DNA of 64,000 nt, taken from positions 992,001 through 1,056,000 of the forward strand of contig OZ037842.1 in the NCBI GenBank assembly GCA_964035575.1, in the 5' to 3' direction. The position numbers and the translations under genes are program-made. This stretch comes from Rhynchopus sp. YZ270_cl-10. Taxonomy: Eukaryota. Position 1 is the first letter of the stretch. The number at the start of each line of letters is the position of its first letter. The notes beneath the pieces were generated by a model that saw only the letters and a program-made list of their open reading frames with translations, was not told where the DNA came from and did not search any database. Positions 1 through 12,606 of the stretch are shown piece by piece.

Positions 1-326
1 AAAGGGGCAGCACACAGATGGTTCATTGTAATGTTTTTCCACAGAACAGACTCGTGTCTCGCAAACTAGAAAACGCAAATGACTAAAAATTGTTGAAAGG
101 AAAATGGACGAACATAACAGTGTGGTATACAAAAGGGACTATAATTTTTTTTTTCTTGTGACCGACCGTTCTTGCGCAAGTCTCTTGTCTGGACTTTTGG
201 GTGGAAGGGATTGTGGAGGTGTGGCGGACCGCGACTTCATTCCCAAGCCTCCGACGTGGTTTTTCCGAGGAACAAACAGTACGACATTGCTGATTATCTT
301 CTTTTTTCTCTCTTTTTTTTTTTTTA

Positions 327-1419
327 TTCCACTGGGAAATAAAGTATACGAAGGATTTGGCACTTTTAGCGGGATTCTTTTTAATGATAATTTCACGCAG
401 TTTTTTTATCGCGAATTTATAACCCGCTCATTGAACTTTATTTCACGCGTTTTTCACTTTTTTTCACAGCAATTCCTTCAGAGCGGGATTTTATTTTTGT
501 TTTTTTCACGCTAAAACAGGGGTTTTATTTGGCGATAACTTCACGCTAAATTTTGGTACATCCTGCACCACCACCCGCCTAAAAATTGAAAATTTCGAAT
601 TTTTTTTGCCCTTTTCCCATTTTTTTTCTGACACATGCAACATGCCGAAGGATGTAAGACGCAAACGGTCCTCCGACAGGAGATGGACAAGCACTACAGT
701 GGTTTTGCTGAAGGACTAGCATTGTCGACACCGTACGTCCGTGAATGGGACCGCTTTTTAAGGAATTCATTGGCAAGCCTGACGGTAAGCCCACGGAAGC
801 CGACTTCGTTTCGTATATAGTGTATCTCCGTGACGATCTCACTATCAAGACGAAGGACACACCACCCCCTTTACTTCATTGTGAGGAAGGTGGTGGCTGG
901 CATGATATTCTGTGATGGGCGGGGATCTTCTGAATGTGTCTCGCTCTTGCACGACAGCCATTTCCTGACCTCCCGCTAGCACCCGAGGGGACACTGAGGT
1001 GGCGAGAGGTCGGGATGTAGCTTTGTGTACCGTTGAGGCAGCTTTCCAAACCCGACCACACGCTGCGCTACGCGCTATGCGTACACGTGGTGTGGGCTTT
1101 TTAGGCTACATACTGTACGCGCTACACACAAAATGCCGTTGTTGTGTGTGTAAAAACGTGGGTTGCGTGGTACTGCATGGGGTCACACGTGCACCACCCT
1201 GTGGCTCACACATGGTTCTGCCACTCCAAAAATGCGTATCCCACCCCACATACCAGGGTATGGGCCAATTCACCAGTTTTTTGCAGGTTCCCAGCGAGCA
1301 AAAGCTAGCGGGAGGGTAATAAGAGCTACCTGGAGGGACACATTCTCGTTAGTTATTGCACAATAAATGAGTCCCGCTAAAAGTGCCAAATCCTTTCGTA
1401 TACTTTATTTCCCGTGAAA
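327..1419. mobile_element. Non-autonomous TIR element, TA-flanked (Tc1/mariner-like)
   Basis: The arm GGGAAATAAAGTATACGAAGGATTTGGCACTTTTAGCGGGA (334-374) is the near-perfect reverse complement of 1372-1413. TA at 325-326 and 1420-1421. The interior has no recognisable transposase. Confidence 0.6.
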
Positions 1420-1429
1420 TAAAATTACG

Positions 1430-1595
1430 TATTCACCTCCTTTTAGCGGATTATTTTGCGATACTTCACTTATTTTTTTCCCAGGCTCGTGCACTCAATT
1501 TGCCTCGCTTCGCTCGGCAAATTAAGTAGCCCTCGCCTGGGAAAAAAATGCGTGAAGTTATCGCAAAATAAAACCCCGCTAAAAGGAGGTGAATA
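1430..1595. mobile_element. MITE, about 165 bp, TA-flanked
   Basis: TATTCACCTCCTTTTAGCGG ... CCGCTAAAAGGAGGTGAATA is a perfect 20-bp inverted repeat with further imperfect pairing inside. Shares TTTTAGCGG with the adjacent element. Confidence 0.7.
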
Positions 1596-1598
1596 AAT

Positions 1599-1640
<42 letters not shown>

Positions 1641-1871
1641 TGAGGAGAAAACCAAAACGGAAATGAAGCTTGCGAAATGAGAGTGGAGGTTATTATGTTT
1701 TATTCTCCCCATTACCACCACTTCGCAGAAAAAACCCTTTTTTCGTTCGCGAGTTTGTTTTGCGTCTTCCTCAATTTACAAACTTTTTTTCCCACCCACC
1801 CTCCAACAAAAAAGTTTTATCAAAGTTTCAAAAAGAAATAAGAAGGAACGTGTGCTGAATGACTATCCGAG

Positions 1872-2190
1872 ACACCACCCCTGGATCAGACATCCTTGTT
1901 ATGAGTACCTGGGAGCCCTCTTGAGGGTGAGGCACCACCCTTGGATCTGTTATCTGGGTTATGAGTACCTTGGGTCTGTTATTGCTGGCATGAGTACACC
2001 TTCGATTTTTGTCTCTCTCTCCCCATTTTTACTCTCGCATATTCTGTGCTTGCGGAACCCTCTTGATGGGCGATGCAGACCAACCTTGGCTTGGTTTTTC
2101 CTTGGCATGAGCACAGGGTATGGTACGCTTGCGGAACCCTCTTGATGGGCGATGCAAACCAACCTTGGCTTGGTTTTTCCTTGGCATGAG
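1872..2190. repeat. Local tandem duplications
   Basis: GCTTGCGGAACCCTCTTGATGGGCGATGCA..CCTTGGCATGAG occurs twice (~2049-2110, ~2127-2189). CACCACCC..GGATC..TTATGAGTACCT occurs twice (~1873-1910, ~1933-1970). Confidence 0.75.
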
Positions 2191-3537
2191 TGTACACATT
2201 GGGTCTTTTTAAGGTACTTTTCTTCAAAAATTAATAAATAAAAATCCTGTGTGACTCCCGGTATCACTTGTGATACAGTTTTCATGGATCGACATGAAAA
2301 GGGAGCACGCAGGTGGTTCCGTGCTGGTCTTTCCACAGAACCGACACGTGGGGCGTGTCTCCCAAACAACAAAAAAGTAAATGAATAAAAAAGGTTGAAA
2401 GCAAAAAGGAAGAACAAAACAATGTGGTTTACAAAAGGGACTATACAATGTAAATCAAGGTACTTGACAATAGGAAATAGAAACGACGGAAGGTGCGTGC
2501 CCGCCAGCTTGTGTTTTCTCCCTCATTATTTTTTCTCTATCATACAACACACTTCAGCGAAAAAACACAACAAGCTTGCGGAGCGATAAACGAAAAAGTT
2601 GTTTTTCATTGTTTTCTTTTTATTCAGAACCGGAAGTTAGTTTCTATTTTTTTTTCAATTTCTTTATTTTTTCCGCCGTCTCTGTATGTCTTACAGTTTT
2701 GTCACTTTATGAAATGAAGGAGGAAATAGAAACAAAGCATTTTGAACACACTCGCGGTTCTAGGGACGAACCGCGCTGCAGAGCCACTCCTCACCAAACA
2801 GGTCGAGGTGTGTGCGTTTCACCACAAATCTTACACAACCTCTAAAATGTCCCGGGCAGACATGAGTTTGGACGCTGTCAAGTGGGAGGAGATAAAAGCG
2901 TGTGTGCGTTTCACAACAACATCTCCCATGGGTTTTATCGTGTGATGAGTTTTAAGTTTCTATTTTCGCGCATTTTCCCCCGTCTTGCAAGTGAGTGTGA
3001 TGTCCGCGTAGGATTCCCCCTCTATGTAAGGAGTCACCGAAGACATTACGGTTACTGCTGAGCTTGTCCCAGGTCAGCTGGTGGAGGTGGAGGTTCCCTC
3101 ACCCTTTTTACTCATGGATAAGACGATAACACTTTCTCTGTTAAAATTTTTTATTAATTTTATTTTCCCGTTCTACTTTCCCTCTCCCTGTTACCCTTTC
3201 TTCATAGTTACTCGTTACGAAGACGAATCACTTTCACTGGATCCACCCACCCCCACTTCACTTGTAATTTCTCTTGTCATTTGTCTGTCCCCTGGGTTCC
3301 GCCGTGTGTGGTATTCAACCCCCTACCCCCTCGACACCCCAAGAGTTTCTTCTGGCGCTGTGTGGGGAAACCAAGTTTCACTAGACGTTTTTCTGCTCCC
3401 CTCAATTTTGTTTTCGCTGTACTGCACGTTTTGTCTAGTACTCAAATAGCCCCCTCCCTACCACTATCCCCTCCACTGCCCCACTCACGCATCCATTGTC
3501 CCATTCCACCACCCACTATGATAAAACAGGAGGAGTA

Positions 3538-5736
3538 ATGAATTACAATGATGACTATGGCTTTGACCAGGATGAACGTGAGGATACATCCAGAAGTGAG
3601 GTGAGCGCCACCAGTTCTGTCCCGCTACGCATCCAGTCCGGGAGCTGGACGAAGGCGCGTCCATCATCTACAGGACAGACGGCACCTACACACGCAACCC
3701 TCACCTCGGATGCCGACCGCCGTTCTGAAGGCAGTCCTGAGGATACGCAGCCCATGCGTGCGGCAGAAGGTCTTGAGCGGTTCCGCCACGTGACAACGCC
3801 CCCCCGCGATACGAGTAGGGCTGAGAGCAAAGAGGATAAGATACCATGGTCCCCTGGGGGACAGTCCCCGGGTTTCTTTCCGGCGCTGGAATCGCATGGG
3901 GAGTGCACGCACTCGCCGAACATCACACCGCTTGCAAAACGGCGCCAGGGACGCACAGGAGATGAGATGCACAGGGATGGAGAAATGTACTCTTCCCGAC
4001 GGAAGGAGAAGGAGCAGTTCTTGACATCTGGATTATTCCAGCCGGACACGAGCCTTGAAGGATCGCGCTTCTCGTCGAGGATGTACAAGATGAAACCTGT
4101 TGATCCGGTGTTCACACGATTGTATGAGAGTCGGAACAAAACAAACCTGCAAGAAAAGGTTGCCATGCGACTGCGTGAGGAAAGTGCGGAGTGCCGACAA
4201 CCCGTCATCTGTGCGAGCAGTGCGAACCTTGTTCCTGAACGTTCTGCAGAGATGCGTCTGCACTGGAATGAAGAGAAGAAGCGACGACTCATAGAGCTGC
4301 GCGAGCACGAGCAGCAGCGGGAGACGTCTGGGATGCAGTCGCCCTCTCTCAACCCCAACTCTTTGGCCCTTGCAAACCGCAACCGACGAGGGCGTGTGGA
4401 GGATCGCCTCATCAGCTTCGGTAACAAGATCAAGACAGAGCGCCTTGAGACAGAAATACATGAAAGGATAAAGAACCGCGAAGAGGCGAACCCACACATC
4501 TCTGCACACGCAGCTATGTCTGCTAGCTGCGGCCCTGCACATGAACGTCTTTATGCGATGCACCGCCACCGCGACAGCCGCATTCACGAGCGGGGCCCAG
4601 AGGAGTCAAATGACGATGCCTGTACCTTCACACCGTCGATCTCGAGACGCTCGCACGTTCTTGCTGGAGGTGACCTGCCGAAGCACGAGAAAGTAGAAGA
4701 CCGCCTCCTCCGCCACGGACAGGAGCACAGGCAGCGCTGCGAGGAGAAGCAAGACCTCGTCAAGAAGGTGGATCAGGAGTCGCGCAAGCAGCAGGTTGGC
4801 CCGCTCTCCCGCCTTCTAAACGACATTGCTGAGCGATCTGGGTCTGCCTCACGCTCGCGCTACACAGACCCTATTGGCGTGGACAACGAAAAGACTGCTG
4901 CTGTGATTGCTCAGAAACACAACAAAGAGCTTGCCTTCAAGCCGTACATCGGCATCAACAGCCAAGAGCTCGACAGGCAGATGCACGGCGACAAGAAGCT
5001 CACCTGGGACCAGCGCATCGGGAACCTTTACTACAAAGAGCAAGAGAAGGAGAACAAGCTGCAACGTTTGCGCGGTCTTCAAGAGGAGGAGGAAGCGTTG
5101 CGCTGCCGTGCCAGCCTCGTCGCAGCAGAACGCAAGGCCGACCTCTCGCGCGAAATGGAGCTTGCAAAGATGGGTGGCGGCCTGCACGCAAGGAACAAAG
5201 CTTGGAAGCAACGTCTTGAGAACAAACGGCGCTGGGGGAAGCACCACAAGGAAGAGGAGGAGGTGCGCGAGTGCACATTCAGGCCTACCATCAACAGAAG
5301 CTCGTCTCTGAAGCGCTCCAGCTCGCTCTCGCAAGCACCACAACACCCGAACGGGAGGACCAACTTGCAGCAGTCCAGCTATGCTGCTTCGCCCTTTTCT
5401 GCAGCTCCGCTTGTGACGGAACGTACTGAGGCCTTTGTATCGCCCGTGTCACCAGTGTCGCCCGTAGCACACATGCCTGCACAGGACTTCGTAGTGCAGG
5501 AGATGGAGATTGAGGCCGCCCGACACCAGGCCATTGCACAACACCTCCACGAAACCTTGGTGGCCACGTCGCCTGGGCACTCCGTGCTGTTGTCCCCTGC
5601 GAAAGGCGGGCGAGCCCTTTCGCTGGGCTCTGAGTTTTCTGAAGTCCATGAAGAAAACCCAGACAGGCAAGATCTCCTCCGGCAGTTTGAGGCACATCGG
5701 TCTATTATGGAGGTTGAGGCTGGGCGTCGCATGTAA
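3538..5736 (+). CDS. Hypothetical basic/coiled-coil protein with repeated C-x-F-x-P-x-I motifs, possibly cytoskeletal or microtubule-associated
   Basis: Long ORF with coding-like composition. First in-frame ATG at 3538 follows a pyrimidine tract and CAG. Motifs CTFTPSIS, AFKPYIG, ECTFRPTIN and repeated ERLY/EDRL. Function is inference. Confidence 0.8.
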   Translation: MNYNDDYGFDQDEREDTSRSEVSATSSVPLRIQSGSWTKARPSSTGQTAPTHATLTSDADRRSEGSPEDTQPMRAAEGLERFRHVTTPPRDTSRAESKEDKIPWSPGGQSPGFFPALESHGECTHSPNITPLAKRRQGRTGDEMHRDGEMYSSRRKEKEQFLTSGLFQPDTSLEGSRFSSRMYKMKPVDPVFTRLYESRNKTNLQEKVAMRLREESAECRQPVICASSANLVPERSAEMRLHWNEEKKRRLIELREHEQQRETSGMQSPSLNPNSLALANRNRRGRVEDRLISFGNKIKTERLETEIHERIKNREEANPHISAHAAMSASCGPAHERLYAMHRHRDSRIHERGPEESNDDACTFTPSISRRSHVLAGGDLPKHEKVEDRLLRHGQEHRQRCEEKQDLVKKVDQESRKQQVGPLSRLLNDIAERSGSASRSRYTDPIGVDNEKTAAVIAQKHNKELAFKPYIGINSQELDRQMHGDKKLTWDQRIGNLYYKEQEKENKLQRLRGLQEEEEALRCRASLVAAERKADLSREMELAKMGGGLHARNKAWKQRLENKRRWGKHHKEEEEVRECTFRPTINRSSSLKRSSSLSQAPQHPNGRTNLQQSSYAASPFSAAPLVTERTEAFVSPVSPVSPVAHMPAQDFVVQEMEIEAARHQAIAQHLHETLVATSPGHSVLLSPAKGGRALSLGSEFSEVHEENPDRQDLLRQFEAHRSIMEVEAGRRM

Positions 5737-6775
5737 TTCCCAGAGATGTCGCTGGCAGGGTACCGGAATATTAGTGCCTGAAAAACCTGAAGGAAAAAAA
5801 AGAACTAATTTTGAGGAAACCAACGATGCCCCTCACGCTAGAATTTCTCAAAATCCCGAGGAAAGAATCAAAGGAAACGAGGGCGAGGACAAAAAAAGGT
5901 AGCATTTAGAGAGCCCTTGCAGGCTATTAGAACGTTCCCATATCACCGTGTGTTGAAAAAAAATACAGGTTTTTTATTTTTATCTTTTTAAATAGAGTCA
6001 TAGCATCGCGACTTCGGGGGGGAGGGTTGGGGAGGGTTTGTTAGATGATGTTTACTGTTAGCGTAGTGGAGTTGTTATGAAATGCGTTTATTATGATATT
6101 AGAGCAGTGTTAAACCTACCCTCGTTCCCGATTTTTTTTTTCTCTCTTTTTTCTTTTCTTTTTTGAAAAGCGAAGATACATCTATTCAAAAAAAGTAGGG
6201 CAAAAAGAAAAGTATCAAATCTCTATCTTTGTTCAAGACTATTGGGTGGTATTGAATACAGAACCAACCTCTTGGTGGGCGATTGTCGATACAACAATGA
6301 GAAAAATAGAAAATAATAAAAAAAGCGCTAGTAGAACCGAGTTCTGAAGACCTTTTATGATTCCGACACAGATTTGCTGCAGGCAAAGTTCCTTTAAAAA
6401 AAAATTAAGAAGAAGAAGAGAAAAAAAATACAGTTGTCCTTCGTTGCACATAGATTTATAGCCAGATGGACGACATCTCAGGGAGCTATACACCCCCCTT
6501 TCCCCCCCTCCATTTGTGATCCACAACACCCCCCCCTAGATCGATCCGTTACCTTCGTTTCTGTACCTTTTTTTTTTTCCACTTCCCCCCCTCCTCTTCA
6601 CATGTTTTCCTTATATCTCCTCATTTTACTCTCCCTTATTCCCGTCCTCATTGTTGAAAAAAAAAAAAAAAAAACGTGTTTAGGGGGGTTTTTTACATTA
6701 CCATCTTTCCCTCCTCTCCCTCTTTCAACCACATTCAGTACACATAGCGGCGGTGAAACCGAAAAAAAAAAAAGA

Positions 6776-7261
6776 ATGTCTGGGGAATGGTCGGCAGATG
6801 CGACTGCGAAGTCTAAGGTAGATTCCGCGTTGAGCACACGCACAGCTGTGGCGCAGTTGTATTGTAATCAGAAGAAATTGCAGGCTGATGCTGCATTAAT
6901 TGAAGTAGATGTTGTGAACGTGCGAGTGTTGATGCGGAAGTATGGTGCTGAGAACTTTGTCGACGGCGAAGCTAGCATGCTCGAAGAAGGGGAACGTCTT
7001 CGTCGTAAGCTCGCAAAGGTGTCAACACACATTGAAAGCATGGAGGACAACTTCACTGCCAACGTTACTTATGCTGCCGCACTCCACGACGTACGTCGCA
7101 CAACGTCCCCTGCCCGCATGGCCACCCGCAGTACCTCCCCACCACCAGTCTCCGAAGCACCCCTCCCCGGCGATATACACATCTCCCACAGAATGCCAAC
7201 AGTCTCAGACTCCCGCATCCTCTCCAATTCTGCGGCGTTTATGTCGCAGCAGAAATATTGA
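6776..7261 (+). CDS. Hypothetical protein, about 161 aa, coiled-coil
   Basis: Coding-like composition from ATG 6776. The upstream part of the tracked ORF is polypyrimidine/poly-A sequence. Confidence 0.7.
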   Translation: MSGEWSADATAKSKVDSALSTRTAVAQLYCNQKKLQADAALIEVDVVNVRVLMRKYGAENFVDGEASMLEEGERLRRKLAKVSTHIESMEDNFTANVTYAAALHDVRRTTSPARMATRSTSPPPVSEAPLPGDIHISHRMPTVSDSRILSNSAAFMSQQKY

Positions 7262-7423
7262 GTTTAGTAGTAGGTTCGCCGTTCGGCCGTTCGGCTTAGA
7301 GATTTTTAGTTTTGTTAATGTAAACTTAATAGAGTTCAGTTGAAAAGAAAAAAAAGATAGAACCTTTTTTCAGTGTATTCAAATTCCCTCTACCCACCAA
7401 CAGATTGTGAAGGATGCGTACCA

Positions 7424-8425
7424 ATGGGAGGCCTCTCTGTCCACGTGTCAGGGAGCGTCCGCGAGGTGGACGCCTCATGTGAGTTGCACCTGCGTTTGTG
7501 GAAGGTGCCGTTCTTTTGGAAAGAGCGTGAGGTGGCGAGTTTGCTGCAGGAGGGCATTGTTGGCCTGCAGCATGTCAAAGTGACGCTGTTCCGCGATATT
7601 CGGACGAGTGTGAAGGCACGCAGGCATGACGTGGGGGGGTACACGAAGGTGCACTGTGCGGGGACGGCATTAGCCGTGGGACGTGCTGCTGTGGACACTG
7701 CCCTGCAGTTCACCGTGCGCACACAGGACATGTCGTTGCACGGGACGTTCACAGCAGAGGTGTCGACGCAGGAGGAGGTGCCCTTCTCATCTCCACAGAC
7801 ACCTGTCCCGACTCTGGCCTGCTGTGCGTACACCGTCGCACAGTCACAGCTGCGGCAGCTAGGGGTAGAAGTGCTGCTCGAGCTGATCGCCTCTGCAGTG
7901 CCGTCAGCGCGTGATTTGATCAGCATGATCTGCTTGGGAGCCCGCCCTGCAAAACACAGCCTCCCAAGGGGTGTGCATGCGACCATGTACATGCTGGAGT
8001 GCCGTGACGGCGACACTGCGCTTGCTGTGCAGAACTTTCTGCACGACAGCAGAACCCACCCGGCGCCGGTGGGGGGGCTTGCGGCAGCACCGGTCCTGCA
8101 CACAGCAGAGTTCACAAAGGGGAAGGCGGGGTCCACTGTGTACAAGGCACTGTTCGTGCCGCAGAGGCTTCACAGACTGGAGCAGAGCTTGTGGCCTGCG
8201 TACGTGCACGAGAAGCGTCAGGAAAGCCTGCACGTTACGCAGACCCTGCTCCAAGGCGCAACGGACAGGCTTCTAGTAGGGGAGGTGCCAGTCATACCCC
8301 CTTTCATCATGGACCTAATCATACACGCCGCAAGCCTTGCAGCAGGGGCGTTGCAAGAGGAGGACAGCACGTACGCCTTGATGGGTGCTGTTGCATGCGC
8401 AACATATTTAGGTCACATCGGATAA
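7424..8425 (+). CDS. Hypothetical protein, possible divergent RRM at the N-terminus
   Basis: GC-rich 333-codon ORF from ATG 7424. LRLWKVPFFWKEREVASLL resembles RRM beta1-alpha1 (weak). Confidence 0.7.
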   Translation: MGGLSVHVSGSVREVDASCELHLRLWKVPFFWKEREVASLLQEGIVGLQHVKVTLFRDIRTSVKARRHDVGGYTKVHCAGTALAVGRAAVDTALQFTVRTQDMSLHGTFTAEVSTQEEVPFSSPQTPVPTLACCAYTVAQSQLRQLGVEVLLELIASAVPSARDLISMICLGARPAKHSLPRGVHATMYMLECRDGDTALAVQNFLHDSRTHPAPVGGLAAAPVLHTAEFTKGKAGSTVYKALFVPQRLHRLEQSLWPAYVHEKRQESLHVTQTLLQGATDRLLVGEVPVIPPFIMDLIIHAASLAAGALQEEDSTYALMGAVACATYLGHIG

Positions 8426-8836
8426 TATTGACTGCGAAAAAAAAAGATAAATTCTAACTTTTGAAACTTCTGGGTGGTGGGCACAAACTACAATAGCGTT
8501 TCTAGCAACGGTGTGCGTATTATTCTTTCAAAAAAAAATAAGACACACCAACAGTGCTGTTGTTCAGAAGGCAACGGTCACCCTATTAAAAAAAGCTCTC
8601 TGTTTCCCCCCTTCGTTTCTGCTCTTTTACCCTTTCTTTTTTCCGTTTCTTTTTTACAAGATGAACACAACCACCTACAGGATGGAATAGCTAATCGGCT
8701 GGGGACACGAACGATAATATTCCCTTCGCACACCAAGGGAATATAAGGGGACAGTGGGTCGGAAAGGGTGAGGGAGTGTTTTGTGCCTGGTAGAAGGTGA
8801 AGGTGTTCCGACGATTCAAAACCATAAATATAAACT

Positions 8837-10571
8837 ATGTCAGACAAACCTATGCTTGTTGTGGATGTGGGGACGGTGAATACCCGTGTCGGTATGTTTT
8901 CCCCACTTTCTCTTTCTGAAGACCCTCTAAAACCCCCAATGTGGACCTACGAAACTTCAGTGTTTTACACTATCCGTTCCCCTTTTATTTTTGAGAATTT
9001 TGTTGTTGTAATTTTCTTTTCTTTACGCCACTCTTAGGGATGAGGTGTTGTCTGTAAGTATCCTAGCCTTGCATGACACTGAGTACACCTCCTCTTGGTG
9101 ATTGATTGCCAATACAGCAGAAAATGGCTCCTTATTATTTATTTTTGTTCGTATGTCGCACTCACCCCCCGCTCCCAGGATTAAACACGAGTTCCGTCCC
9201 CGAAAGCGTATTTCCTACAGTCGTGGCAGAGCTGAAGACAGAGGTATAGTTGCTTATTTCACTTTCCGGATTGTGAGATTTAATTGTCCCTCGAAGGCGG
9301 TTTTGCTTTGTCTTTTTTGAATTGTGCGAATTCTTCATATTTTGTGCGGATAGGAAAATCAGCGAAAGCGTCAGAAATAGACTGCACTATTTTTCTTTTT
9401 TCTATTTTCTCCTGGCGTGAACACTTGAAATACACCCCCTTTTTTTGCACAGTATAATGACAACGCGATGCAAGGTGTTGAGAAAAAGGAGTTCTATATT
9501 GGGAATGAGGTCAGCTCGAAGCGTGCGTTGCTTCGCGAGCGCTCCCCGGTGGAGATGGGGAATATCGACTTTGAGATACGCGACTCACGCGAGGACTTGA
9601 TCCGCATTCTGAAACATGGGGCTGAACGTGTCGGTGCACCACTATCGCGTCTTGTGTACATTGAGCCCACCCACGTCACCAAAACCAACCGCGAAAAGCT
9701 TGCGGACCTGCTGTTCTCTACGAAGCTTGTTGAGGAGCTGTGGCTTGTGTCGGCACCCCCTCTTGCGTTGTTTGCCTCGGGAAGGACAACAGGGTGTGCA
9801 GTGGAGGCAGGTGAAAGCAACGTCACGGTTGTCCCCGTTCTCGAAGGGCACCCTGTTGCCCGCCAGAAGTGGGGTGTCAGCGAGCTGTCCGGGCACACGG
9901 TGACAACAGAGCTAGACGCGTTATTGAAGAAGAACGACCGCCTTGTTGGGCGCCAGATGCTGAAGCAGCACATCCTCCGGTCGGTGAAGGAGCAGCACTG
10001 CTACTGCAGTCTCAACAGACGCGACGACGAGCACCAGGCAGAGACGGACCCAGACAGCCTCACACGCATCTACGAGCTTCCTGACGGCAACCGCCTCTGC
10101 GTCGGTGAGGAGCGCTTCCGATGTGGTGAGGTGCTCTTCACACCAACCCTGCAGCGTGTAAACGGGCCCAAGGTGCGCGGCATCCACCTCACAACTGTCA
10201 AGGCAATCACGTCGTGCCACGAAAAGCTCCAAGCGAAAATGTTCCAGAACGTTGTCCCCTTCGGCGGGATGTCTCTCATGCACTGCTTCCGCTCGCGATT
10301 ACAACAAGAACTCAATCTCTGGCTGACAGAGTCGCCTGAGGGTTTGGAGGCGAAAAAGAACTACAAATTCACAAAGCCCCTTCAGCTTGTAGGGAATGAC
10401 GGGTTCAGCTTGAACTCCACTGTCTGTCTGCAGGCGTGGAAGGGGGCTAGCATCATGTCGCAGTTGTCTGCCTTTGAATCAATGAAGATCACTGCGACGG
10501 ACATGAAAGAGAACGGGGCCGCGTATATTCACCGGAAACAGATGGTTGCAGCTGTGAAGGACAAGCCATAG
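8837..10571 (+). CDS. Divergent actin-related protein, 3 exons
   Basis: Exons 8837-8891, 9179-9243, 9453-10571 join in frame (412 aa). Actin motifs LVVDVGTVNTRVG, SVFPTVV, YIGNE, NREKL, LALFASGRTTG, VVPVLEG, YELPDG, ERFRCGEVLF, GGMSL, AWKGASI. Confidence 0.9.
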
Positions 10572-10981
10572 AAAGGAGGGGCGGGGGTGGGTCTTTGTTC
10601 TGTTTTTTCTTCTCTTCTGTGCTATTTTCCCTATGCCCTTGACCTAGCTTCCCACACCACGGACCAGCTTTTTTAAAGCTTTTTGTCTGCTTTTTTCTGT
10701 CTCTTCTCATTGCGTTGTTTTCACCGTTTCTTTTGGAGGAAACGTTGTGGCTGTTTTTTCAGCATTGTGCCTGTATTTAAGAGGTGTCTGCCTGTTATCC
10801 AACTTCACTTCCTTTAAAAAGCACACAACAAAGGCACATTCAACGCAGATACAGCAACAGCGGAAAATGACAAAAGTGAAAATGCCCCCTCCCCTCCTCA
10901 TCGTTACCTTGCATCACCTCACCTCACCTCACCCACTCCACCCCACCCCACCTTATCCTGCAGACTGCAACGTGCCACACG

Positions 10982-12418
10982 ATGGACGACACAGCATCTC
11001 TCAAAGACGATGCCATGCTGGCAAGCAAATGGGGCGCACCATATCGTGGGGTCAGTGCAGATGGGCTTTCGAGCATTGCGGACGATTACGCGGGGATGCC
11101 GGACGTGCCCCCAACGTACGTACCCCCAGCGTATGTGCCCCCAGCGTACGTTCCGCCGCCCGGTCCCATGGCGAGCCACGCTGCCCTGTCGGGTGCGCTC
11201 TCTGGCTACGGCGACTCGCTCAGCTCGTACGCACTGCCCAGCGACCCTGCAATGCTGCAAGGGCTAATCTCGCAACTCCAGTCGCGTTTCCCAAGCATCC
11301 AGATTCCCCACGAGTTGAGGGAGGACATCCCGCCCCCAAGCATGCTGCAGCCACATCCACATCCACCCCTGCCCAACCAGCATATGACAGAAGAGTCCCT
11401 CCGGGTCCTGTCGACGCTGCACCCACCTGTCATGTCTGCAGTGCGTCTTGAGTCGTCGGTGGACCTGAACAGCCCTGTCCGCTTCCGCCCCTCAACCAGC
11501 CCTGTGCGCGACCCAGTGGCGACAGCGCGTGTCCTGCACGACTCCAACGCAGCAAAGGCACTGCTCTTCAACCCAGTTATCCCCGAGGTGCCAATCCCGC
11601 CCACCCCGCAGCTCCCACCCGCATATGTCCCAGAGGTGCAGCAGAAGGTGGAGGAGGTGCCCCCCTCGCGCAGGGAGATGTTCTACGACCAGCTGGGGAG
11701 GCAGCTCACGTCGCTGCTGCTGGAGGCAGGGACACCGTTGCCACGCTTCCCTGTTGCGCCGGACCAGGCAGACACCACGGCGCAGACGCACCTGACGGGA
11801 GAGGGCGGGGTGGGGGGCCACGGCGAAGACAACACCGGAAACGCGTCGTCGCTGACCAAAGCACGCTCCGCAGCAGAGATGTTCCTCAAGGACTACTACG
11901 AACACAAACGAGCCTTGGGCGATGCAGAACGCAAACTCAACACCTCCGAAAACGAGAACCTCGCACTGCGTTCGCAGCTGGACCTCTCCATGGTGAAGAT
12001 GATTGGCGCGCAGAAGGAGGTCGACAAGTACTCCTCTTACTTCAATATGAGCCGCGGTGGGCCCAATGCGCCTGGTGAAGAAGGTAGTCAAGTGAAGGCC
12101 CTGCTCAAGAAGATGCAAGAAATGAGTCTTTCGATACAAAAGGCTGAGGAGGAGAAGTTGCGTCTCATACGGGAGGAGGAGAAACGTATACAAGACGCTG
12201 TGAAGCGCGCTGTGGCGGCGCGTGAGGAGGAAATGTTCAAGATGAAGTCACAGCTGAAGGAGAAGAAAAAGGTGATCAAGGACATGAAGCTGATGCTGCA
12301 TTCATACCTTGCGAACAAGGACCCATCAAGCACCGAGCCTAATATGGCCTTCCTCGACCTCATCTCACACACAGACAACCACGGCGCCGCCACCCTCAGC
12401 ATGGCCACTGCGTTGTAA
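10982..12418 (+). CDS. Hypothetical proline-rich protein with C-terminal coiled coil
   Basis: 478-aa ORF with YVPP repeats and an E/K-rich heptad C-terminus. CAG acceptor-like site just upstream. Confidence 0.8.
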   Translation: MDDTASLKDDAMLASKWGAPYRGVSADGLSSIADDYAGMPDVPPTYVPPAYVPPAYVPPPGPMASHAALSGALSGYGDSLSSYALPSDPAMLQGLISQLQSRFPSIQIPHELREDIPPPSMLQPHPHPPLPNQHMTEESLRVLSTLHPPVMSAVRLESSVDLNSPVRFRPSTSPVRDPVATARVLHDSNAAKALLFNPVIPEVPIPPTPQLPPAYVPEVQQKVEEVPPSRREMFYDQLGRQLTSLLLEAGTPLPRFPVAPDQADTTAQTHLTGEGGVGGHGEDNTGNASSLTKARSAAEMFLKDYYEHKRALGDAERKLNTSENENLALRSQLDLSMVKMIGAQKEVDKYSSYFNMSRGGPNAPGEEGSQVKALLKKMQEMSLSIQKAEEEKLRLIREEEKRIQDAVKRAVAAREEEMFKMKSQLKEKKKVIKDMKLMLHSYLANKDPSSTEPNMAFLDLISHTDNHGAATLSMATAL

Positions 12419-12606
12419 TCCACGACCTTCATTCGGATGATCAGATGATAATTTATGCACGCTGAGATCTTACAAGATTTCTTCCTCCCCTCATGTACTT
12501 AGATGTTATGTATTTTTTATTCCCCATGTAGAAAAAAAGAGACACCTTATTTGACATTTCATACACTGTTTAACACCATTGCAACCAGGTTTCATTTACA
12601 CTTAAT

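Noticed and set aside
1860..2190. CRISPR-like repeat-spacer pattern
   Set aside because: Only two copies per unit, irregular spacing, eukaryotic context and no cas genes.
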